From Actinomycetes bacterium (GTDB lineage Bacteria; Actinomycetota; Acidimicrobiia; Spongiisociales; ZC4RG35): a stretch of DNA of 64,000 nt. How positions within the stretch are numbered: position 1 is the first letter of the stretch; the number at the start of each line of letters is the position of its first letter. Positions 57,635-64,000 of the stretch are shown one piece after another. The stretch lies in contig QGUS02000001.1 in the NCBI GenBank assembly GCA_003242515.2, positions 12,853-76,852 on the forward strand. The letters are read 5' to 3'. The notes under the pieces are model-generated. The model saw only the letters and a list, made by a program, of their open reading frames with translations, was not told the DNA's origin and did no database searches. The position numbers and the translations under genes are program-made.

Positions 57635-58893
57635 GTCCGGTCCTTTCGCTCCATGGGACGCCTGGTCACCCGGCGCTCCCTGCGGTCCAGGACTCGTTCG
57701 ACGTCCTCGAGCCCCACCCCGGCCGCCGCCGCTCGGGTGAGGGCGAAGTAGACGAGGTCGGCGGCCTCCGCGGCCACCTCCTCCGGGGTGGACGCCGCCG
57801 CCAGTTCGGCCGCCTCCTCGGAGAGCTTCGACGCCAGGAGCCCGGGGTCTGCGGCCAGGCGGGCCGTGTTCGACCCCTCGGGAGGCGAGGCGACGATGAC
57901 CGCCAGCCTGCGGGAGAGGCGGGGGAGACCACGGTCCTCGCCCCAGCAGGTGCGGGTGCCGAGGTGGCAGAAGCCCTGGCCGGCCTGCCGGACGACGAAG
58001 CGGAGGGTGTCGCGGTCACAGTCGGCGTCGACCCGGAGCAGCTCCTGGGTCGACGCCGAGGTCTCGCCCTTCACCCACAGGCCGCGCTTGCGGCTCTCGT
58101 ACACCCCCTGGCCGCTCTCGATGGCCTGCGTCAGGCTGCGGGCACTCGACCACGCCAGCCCCAGGGCGGTGCCGTGCTCGTCGACGACGACGGTCGGCCA
58201 CAGGCCGTCGGGACGGTCGGAGACGAGGGGAGCAGCGAACGCCTCCCCGAGCCCGAGGGCGCCCGAGTAGAGGGCCATCCCGACCTGTGCGTCGGCGCCG
58301 ATGGCGTCGAGCGCGGCGATCTCCTCGGCGGTGGTGACGCCCCCGGCGATGGTTACCCGGGCGTCGCCTGCCGCCTCGACCACGGCACGGGCGAGGTCGA
58401 GGTCGGTCCCCTGCATCCGGCCTTCCCTTTCCACGAACGTCACCAGGAACCCGCCGCACAGGCCCGACAGCTCCCGGATCCGGTCGAGCACGTCGGCACC
58501 GGAGTCGACCCGCCACCCGTGGGTGACCACCTGCCGGTCCCTGGCGTCCAGGGCGGCGATCACCCGGTCGCGGGGGAGCCGGGACAGGATCTCGGGCCGG
58601 GCCGCCGTGCCGAGGATCACCTTCTCCACCCCGGCGTCCAGCCACGCCAGGGCCGTCTCGGCGTCGCGGATCCCGCCGCCCACCCGGATGGGGGCGCGGC
58701 GGGCCAGCTCCCGGATCAGGTCGGCGTTGCTGCCCTCGCCCCGGGCGGCGTCGATGTCGATCACCGCCACCTCGCCCACCCGGGAGAACCCCTCCAGGAG
58801 GGGGAACGGGTCGCCGGCCTCGATGGCGAGGGTCTCGCCGCCGACCAGCTGCACGGCCTGGCCCCCGACCAGGTCGATGGAGGGGACGATCAC
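57631..58893 (-). CDS. hisIE: Trifunctional HisA-like barrel / HisI cyclohydrolase / HisE pyrophosphatase fusion
   Basis: N-terminal [19 protein letters not shown] (HisA-type barrel); middle [27 protein letters not shown] (HisI); C-terminal [17 protein letters not shown] (HisE). Confidence 0.88.
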   Translation of the reverse strand: MIVPSIDLVGGQAVQLVGGETLAIEAGDPFPLLEGFSRVGEVAVIDIDAARGEGSNADLIRELARRAPIRVGGGIRDAETALAWLDAGVEKVILGTAARPEILSRLPRDRVIAALDARDRQVVTHGWRVDSGADVLDRIRELSGLCGGFLVTFVEREGRMQGTDLDLARAVVEAAGDARVTIAGGVTTAEEIAALDAIGADAQVGMALYSGALGLGEAFAAPLVSDRPDGLWPTVVVDEHGTALGLAWSSARSLTQAIESGQGVYESRKRGLWVKGETSASTQELLRVDADCDRDTLRFVVRQAGQGFCHLGTRTCWGEDRGLPRLSRRLAVIVASPPEGSNTARLAADPGLLASKLSEEAAELAAASTPEEVAAEAADLVYFALTRAAAAGVGLEDVERVLDRRERRVTRRPMERKDRT

Positions 58894-59645
58894 GGCCGCA
58901 CCTCCACGCCCGCCGCGGCCAGGCTCCGCTTCAGCTCCCCGACCGTGGTGACCCGGTCGTGGAAGATCGACGCGGCCAGCACCGCCGAGGCCCCGGCCCG
59001 GACCGCGGCGACCATGTGCTCCGGCTCCCGGCCGCCGCCCGATGCGATCACCGGGACGTCGACCGCGGCGCACACCGCCTCCAGCAGGCCCAGGTCGTAG
59101 CCGATGCCCGTGCCGTCGCGGTCGAGGCTGGTGAGCAGGATCTCTCCCGCCCCGCGGGACACTCCCTCCCGGCACCATGCGACGGCATCGATCCCGGTCC
59201 GCTCCTTGCCGCTGCGGACCACCACCTCCCAGCCGCCGTCCCGTGCCGCGGCGTCCACGGCGAGGACGGTGCACTGGGCGCCGAAGACCTCCTTCAACTC
59301 CGTGATCAGGTCCGGCCGGGACACGGCCGCCGTGTTGACGCTCACCTTGTCCGCACCGGCCTCGAGCAGCCGACGGGCGTCCTCCACGGACCGCACGCCT
59401 CCGCCCACCGTGAGCGGGATGGACAGGACCGACCGGACCGCGGCGACCGTCTCCAGGTTGCTGGCCCGGGCCTCCGGCGTCGCCGACACGTCGAGCAGGA
59501 CCAGCTCGTCGGCGCCCTGCTCCTCGTAGAGGGCGGCGCACTCCACCGGGTCGCCCGCGGCGCGCAGGTTCTCGAAGCGGACGCCCTTCACGACGCGTCC
59601 GGCGTCGATGTCGAGGCAGGGGATCACCCTGATCGCAAGGCTCAT
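58890..59645 (-). CDS. hisF: Imidazole glycerol phosphate synthase cyclase subunit
   Basis: [47 protein letters not shown]. Confidence 0.97.
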   Translation of the reverse strand: MSLAIRVIPCLDIDAGRVVKGVRFENLRAAGDPVECAALYEEQGADELVLLDVSATPEARASNLETVAAVRSVLSIPLTVGGGVRSVEDARRLLEAGADKVSVNTAAVSRPDLITELKEVFGAQCTVLAVDAAARDGGWEVVVRSGKERTGIDAVAWCREGVSRGAGEILLTSLDRDGTGIGYDLGLLEAVCAAVDVPVIASGGGREPEHMVAAVRAGASAVLAASIFHDRVTTVGELKRSLAAAGVEVRP

Positions 59646-60229
59646 CGTCCCAACCACCTCTCCAGGACGGCCAGGCCCCATGGCCCCGACAGCTCGGGGT
59701 GGAACTGGCAGGCGAGCACGTCACCGCGTTCCATCGCCGCCACGAACGGCCCGCCGTGGTCGCTGCCCGCCCCGACCCAGCCTTCGGGCACCTCGTCGAG
59801 GCGGTAGGAGTTGGCGAAGTACGCCCAGCCGGGGGTCACGAACCGGCAGCCCGGCTCCGGCTCGACCCGGTTCCAGCCCAGCTGGGGGACCCGGACGGCG
59901 CCCCGGAACCGCCGCACCTCGGCGTCCACGACCCCGAGGCCCTTGCCCGGGCTCTCCTCGCTGGTCGCGGCCAGCACCTGCATCCCGACGCACACGCACA
60001 GGGTCGGACGACCGTCCGTCACCCGGTCCCGGAGCACGTCGGTCATGCCGGCCCCGTCGAGGGCGGCCATGGCGGCCCCGAAGGTGCCCACGCCGGGGAG
60101 GACGACCCGGCCGGCCCGCTCCGCGTCCTCGGGGTCGCGGGAGATGACAGGGTCGGCCCCGAGGCGGCGCAGCCCCGCCAGCACCGACGCCAGGTTGGCG
60201 GTGCCGGTGGGCACGACGACGAGGCTCAA
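59642..60229 (-). CDS. hisH: Imidazole glycerol phosphate synthase glutaminase subunit
   Basis: ANLASV, LPGVG, CVGMQ, VPQLGWN, QFHPE; TTG start. Confidence 0.95.
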   Translation of the reverse strand: MSLVVVPTGTANLASVLAGLRRLGADPVISRDPEDAERAGRVVLPGVGTFGAAMAALDGAGMTDVLRDRVTDGRPTLCVCVGMQVLAATSEESPGKGLGVVDAEVRRFRGAVRVPQLGWNRVEPEPGCRFVTPGWAYFANSYRLDEVPEGWVGAGSDHGGPFVAAMERGDVLACQFHPELSGPWGLAVLERWLGR

Positions 60230-60810
60230 TCCAGCACCCCCTTGGTGCTCGGCACGTCGCCGCCGGTGACGGCGACCGCCTCGCGCAGGGCGAGGGCGAC
60301 CGCCTTGAACGCCGCCTCCGCCTTGTGGTGGTCGTTGTCGCCCCGGATCAGGTCGACGTGCAGGGCCATCCGCGCCTCCATGGCGAAGCTGCGGAAGAAG
60401 TGGACGATGTTCTCCGTGGCGAGCTGCCCGACGGTGTCCCTGACGAACTCGAGGTGGATCTCCGGCCACGGCCGTCCCGACAGGTCGACCACGGCCCGCA
60501 CCAGCGATTCGTCGAGAGGCGCGTAGGCCGACCCGAAGCGACGGACCCCGGCGCGGTCGCCGAGTGCCTCGGCGAGGGCACGGCCCAGGACGATGGCGCA
60601 GTCCTCCGCGGTGTGGTGGTCGTCGACGACCGTGTCGCCCCGGGCCACCAGCCGCAGGTCGAACCCGGCGTGCCGGGCCAGGGACGAGACCATGTGGTCG
60701 AGGAAACCGATCCCCGTGTCCACCTCGGTCCGGCCGGACCCGTCGACCTCGAGCGACAGCTCGATCCGGGTCTCCTTCGTCTCCCTCTCGATCTCAGACT
60801 TCCTGGGCAT
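60226..60810 (-). CDS. hisB: Imidazoleglycerol-phosphate dehydratase
   Basis: RETKET, FLDHM, DDHHTAED, NDHHKAEA, PSTKG. Confidence 0.97.
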   Translation of the reverse strand: MPRKSEIERETKETRIELSLEVDGSGRTEVDTGIGFLDHMVSSLARHAGFDLRLVARGDTVVDDHHTAEDCAIVLGRALAEALGDRAGVRRFGSAYAPLDESLVRAVVDLSGRPWPEIHLEFVRDTVGQLATENIVHFFRSFAMEARMALHVDLIRGDNDHHKAEAAFKAVALALREAVAVTGGDVPSTKGVLD

Positions 60811-62464
60811 CCAGCACCTCGATGAGTCGGGCGGTGGTGTCGAGCACCACCGCGGCTGCGGAGAGTTGTTCACGGGCCCGGTCGGGGTCCGCGTGGGGCG
60901 AGATCACCCCGATTGGCAAGACGCCGGCCGCACGGGCGGCGGCGAGATCGTCGACGGTGTCGCCGAGCATCCACGCCGTCCCCGCGCCGAGCCGCTCCAA
61001 TGCGAGCGTGACGGGCGCCGGGTCGGGCTTCATCGGGGCGTCCTCCCTGGTCACGATCGCCCCGAAGACGTCGGTGATCCCGAAGCGGTCGCAGAACTCC
61101 AGGGCGTCGGATCGGGGCCGCCCGGTCACCAGCGCGATCGGCCGGCGGGCGGCGACCTTCTCCAGGAACGACCGTTCCACGGTCGGCCCCTCGGCCTCCT
61201 TCAGGCCCGGCCGATCCGGGGTGCCCTGGTAGATCTCCTCGAACCGCTCCCGGACGGTGTCGTAGGGGAGGTCGACGCCGCCGGCGGCGAGCAGCCGCCG
61301 GGTGAGCTCCCAGTCGTCGTTGGCGTTCCCCTTCGCCCGGGCCTGCCAGACGTCCTGGATCGTGACGTCCACGCCGAACGCCCGGGCGGTCGCGATGACC
61401 GTCTCCGTGTAGTTGTCGGCGGCGATCACGCCGTCGAGGTCGAAGAGGATCGCCTCGGGGGCGAGGACCGTGCGCAGCGTCCTGGTCAGGCGGTCGAAGT
61501 CGTCCACCGAGCCGGGGAGGCCGATGCGGACGAACCGGCCCAGCTCGGGCGAGCCGGGGAACCAGCGGAGCGCCACCCCCAGAGAGGCGGCGCCGGCCGC
61601 CAGCCAGGCCGCGTCGCGGGGCCGGGCCAGGACGAAGTTGCCCTGGGACGGCCAGGTCTCCACCCCGAGGGACTCCAGGACCCGGCGCAGCTCCTCCCGC
61701 TCGGAGCGCACCTTGTTGACGAAGGCCCCGGACGCCCCGGCGTCCTCCAGGGCCCGCACCGCCAGGGCCGCGGACACCGCCGAGACGGAGTAGGGGTTGC
61801 CGTAGGCGGCGAGCCGGGTGATCACCTCCGGTGCGGCGAGGGCGTAGCCGACCCGCAGCCCGGCGAGGCCGAACGCCTTGGAGAGGGTCCGGACGGTGAT
61901 CACGTTGGGCAGGCCGAGGGCGACCGGGGTGAGGTCTTCGTCGGCGAACTCGGTGTAGGCGGCGTCGAGGATCACGGTCTCGAACCGCTCCGCCAAGGCG
62001 CGCAGGTCGTCGGCCGACGCCACCAGGCCCGTCGGGTTGTTGGGGGAGACCACCACCGCCACGCTCGCCCCGCCGTCGGCCGCTTCCAGGTAGGCGTCAC
62101 GGGGGAACGGCCCCTCCCACCAGCCCACCTCGACCAGGCGGGTGCCGGTCTGCTCGGCGTACCGGCGCACCATCTCGAAGGTCGGGTTGGATGCGACCAC
62201 GGTCGAGCCGGCGAAGGACATGAAGCACCGGAGGAGGGCGTCGTCGCCACCGGCCGTGACCAGCAGCCGGTCGGTGCCCACTCCGATGCGTGAGGCGAGC
62301 ATCTCCCGGAGCCGGGTGGTGTCCGGGTAGCGGGCGACCGTGGCCTGCAGCGTCTCCGCCATGGCGGCAACCCCCAGGTCCGCCGGCCGGCCCTCGTTCC
62401 GGGACAGGTCGAGGTCGATCGGCGCCGTGAACCTTGGCGCGCGGTAGACGGTGGGGCCGCTCAT
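60794..62464 (-). CDS. hisC: Histidinol-phosphate aminotransferase fused to a C-terminal HAD phosphatase
   Basis: SPNNPTG, DAAYTEF, RTLSKAFGLAGLRVGY; then LFDLDGVI, VTGRP, KPDP, MLGDTVDD. Confidence 0.9.
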   Translation of the reverse strand: MSGPTVYRAPRFTAPIDLDLSRNEGRPADLGVAAMAETLQATVARYPDTTRLREMLASRIGVGTDRLLVTAGGDDALLRCFMSFAGSTVVASNPTFEMVRRYAEQTGTRLVEVGWWEGPFPRDAYLEAADGGASVAVVVSPNNPTGLVASADDLRALAERFETVILDAAYTEFADEDLTPVALGLPNVITVRTLSKAFGLAGLRVGYALAAPEVITRLAAYGNPYSVSAVSAALAVRALEDAGASGAFVNKVRSEREELRRVLESLGVETWPSQGNFVLARPRDAAWLAAGAASLGVALRWFPGSPELGRFVRIGLPGSVDDFDRLTRTLRTVLAPEAILFDLDGVIAADNYTETVIATARAFGVDVTIQDVWQARAKGNANDDWELTRRLLAAGGVDLPYDTVRERFEEIYQGTPDRPGLKEAEGPTVERSFLEKVAARRPIALVTGRPRSDALEFCDRFGITDVFGAIVTREDAPMKPDPAPVTLALERLGAGTAWMLGDTVDDLAAARAAGVLPIGVISPHADPDRAREQLSAAAVVLDTTARLIEVLDAQEV

Positions 62465-63339
62465 GGGACGATCTGCTCGAGACGGGACACCACGATGTCC
62501 GTGGCGCCGTGGGCCTTCAGCAGCGGGATCAGCGTCGGCAGGTCCTGACGGGGGACGGCGGCCTTGATGGCGTACCCGGCGCCGCCGTGCAGAGGGGCCA
62601 CGGTGGGCTCCCGCATCGCGGGCAGGATGGCGATCACCCGTTCGAACTCGTCGTCGGTGACGTTCAGCTCGAGCATCGCCCGGTGCCTCGCCTCGAGGAC
62701 GGAGCGGAGGCTGAGGACGAGGCCGTCGATCGCCCGCTTCTTCTCCGGGTCCTCCATCGCCTTGCGGCTGGCGTAGACCCGGGTGGATGAGCTCATGACC
62801 ACGTCCACGACCACCAGGCCGTTGGCCGCGAGGGTCTCCCCGGTGTCCATGATGTCGACGATCACGTCGGCGTCCTCCGGCGGGAAGACCTCGGTGGCGC
62901 CGTAGGAGCGGACGAAGTTGGCGTCGAGGCCGCGGCTCTCGATCCAGGTGTGGGCGAGCCGCTCCATCTCGCTGGCCACGACCAGCGGGCGGTCGGGGAG
63001 CTTCCCGTCGACCAGCAGCGAGTCGGGGGCGGCGGCCACCACCTGCACCGGGTCCAGGCCGGTGTCGAGCAGCTCCACGAGGTCGGCGCCCTTCTCCGCG
63101 ACCCAGTCGGCCCCGGCGAATCCGATGTCACGGGTGCCGGCCGCCAGCATCTCCACGATGTTCTGCGGCTTCAGCACCTTGACCTCGAGGTTCGGGACGG
63201 AGGCTGTGGGCCGGTAACCGCGCGGACCGGAGCGGAGGCGGATGCCCGCGTCCGCGAGGAGGTTGGTGACGCCCGCCTCGATGCGTCCCTTGGGGACCGC
63301 CAGGCGGAGGGTGGTGTTCGGTGATTCGAGTGTCGTCAT
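62461..63339 (-). CDS. hisG: ATP phosphoribosyltransferase (long form)
   Basis: LAVPKGR, GATEV, DVIVDIMDTGETL, C-terminal regulatory domain (PTVAPL). Confidence 0.95.
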   Translation of the reverse strand: MTTLESPNTTLRLAVPKGRIEAGVTNLLADAGIRLRSGPRGYRPTASVPNLEVKVLKPQNIVEMLAAGTRDIGFAGADWVAEKGADLVELLDTGLDPVQVVAAAPDSLLVDGKLPDRPLVVASEMERLAHTWIESRGLDANFVRSYGATEVFPPEDADVIVDIMDTGETLAANGLVVVDVVMSSSTRVYASRKAMEDPEKKRAIDGLVLSLRSVLEARHRAMLELNVTDDEFERVIAILPAMREPTVAPLHGGAGYAIKAAVPRQDLPTLIPLLKAHGATDIVVSRLEQIVP

Positions 63340-63379
63340 GGTCGGCCGTTTCCGCCGCCGTTGCGGCCGGCCAACCCCG

Positions 63380-63410
63380 AAAACGAGAAAGCCGACCGCT
63401 CGGGTCGGCT
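63380..63410 (-). terminator. his attenuator terminator
   Basis: Minus strand AGCCGACC-CGAGC-GGTCGGCT-TTCTCGTTTT. Confidence 0.8.
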
Positions 63411-63446
63411 GTCCTCTGTGTCCGGTCCTTGCTCAGGCAGTCACGA

Positions 63447-63503
63447 TCAGCCGACCCGCGAGGGCTGGTGATGGTGACCGTGGGCGAAGACCGGGTTGTT
63501 CAT
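63447..63503 (-). CDS. hisL: his operon leader peptide
   Basis: MNNPVFAHGHHHQPSRVG* (4 His in 5 codons) upstream of the terminator and hisG. Confidence 0.85.
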   Translation of the reverse strand: MNNPVFAHGHHHQPSRVG

Positions 63504-63514
63504 GTCCGACCGCG

Positions 63515-63543
63515 AGGCTAACGCCGCGACGGGGGTACGGCAA
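63515..63543 (-). promoter_or_regulatory. his operon promoter
   Basis: TTGCCG-17 nt-TAGCCT on the minus strand, 11 nt before the leader ATG. Confidence 0.6.
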
Positions 63544-63547
63544 CCCC

Positions 63548-64000
63548 CTACACGGCCGACCGCTCCCGCGCCCGGACCAGGCCGACCTTGATGCCGTCGC
63601 TGAGGGCCAGCCAGGAGGCCTGGATGATGTTGCGGTGGACTCCGACCGTGCCCCAGCTCGTGTAGCCGTCGGAGGTCTCGACCAGGACCCGCACCCGGGC
63701 GGCGGTGCCGTCGGAGGAGTCGAGGTCCCGGACCTTGAAGTCGACGAGCCGCAGGCCGTCCACCTCGGGGTGGGTGGGCCGGAGCGCCTCCCGCAGTGCC
63801 CGGTCCAGTGCGTCGACCGGCCCGTTGGGCGCCTTGGCCGTGACGGTGACCTCCCCGCCGCCGATCCGGAGCCTGAGCTCGGCCACCGCGACCACCTCGC
63901 CGTCGGGCCCCGTGCCGCTGCGCACCTCGACGCCGAGCGTCTCGAACGGGTCCTCGTAGCCGCCGGTCTCGCCGCGGACCAGCAGTTCCAGGGACCCCTC
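63548..64000 (-). CDS. cimA: Citramalate synthase / LeuA-family C-terminal regulatory domain (partial)
   Basis: EGSLELLVR, NGPVDALDRALR, DFKVR, GTAARVRVLVE, WGTVGV..NIIQASW. Confidence 0.85.
   Translation of the reverse strand, partial: EGSLELLVRGETGGYEDPFETLGVEVRSGTGPDGEVVAVAELRLRIGGGEVTVTAKAPNGPVDALDRALREALRPTHPEVDGLRLVDFKVRDLDSSDGTAARVRVLVETSDGYTSWGTVGVHRNIIQASWLALSDGIKVGLVRARERSAV

Overview
High-GC, gene-dense chromosomal window, most consistent with an actinobacterium (Acidimicrobiia-like; inferred from gene content and pervasive leaderless -10 elements). It is mostly housekeeping: a complete trpEGDCFBA operon and a his operon, each with a leader-peptide attenuator; the mrp Na+/H+ antiporter operon; phnDCEE-like ABC transporter; dnaX-ybaB-recR; glpX; thiolase/mce; murJ; ask-asd; hom; a P-type ATPase; two tRNAs (Arg-ACG, Pro-CGG); and the 3' end of cimA. 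The most unusual part is the first ~4.6 kb (minus strand): fused secDF, then an APH-like kinase, an 11-bp-periodic TCTCA operator array, two paralogous secreted peptides ending in x-(S/T)-P tripeptide repeats, and a probable sensor kinase. This may be a system for phosphorylating and exporting repetitive peptides. Other notable points are HisC-HAD and HisA-HisI-HisE fusions, DosR-type boxes upstream of a Balon-like baeRF gene and an uncharacterised membrane protein, a phnDCEE transporter between two nucleotide hydrolases, and several gene remnants. All calls come from motif recognition by eye; no database searches were run.
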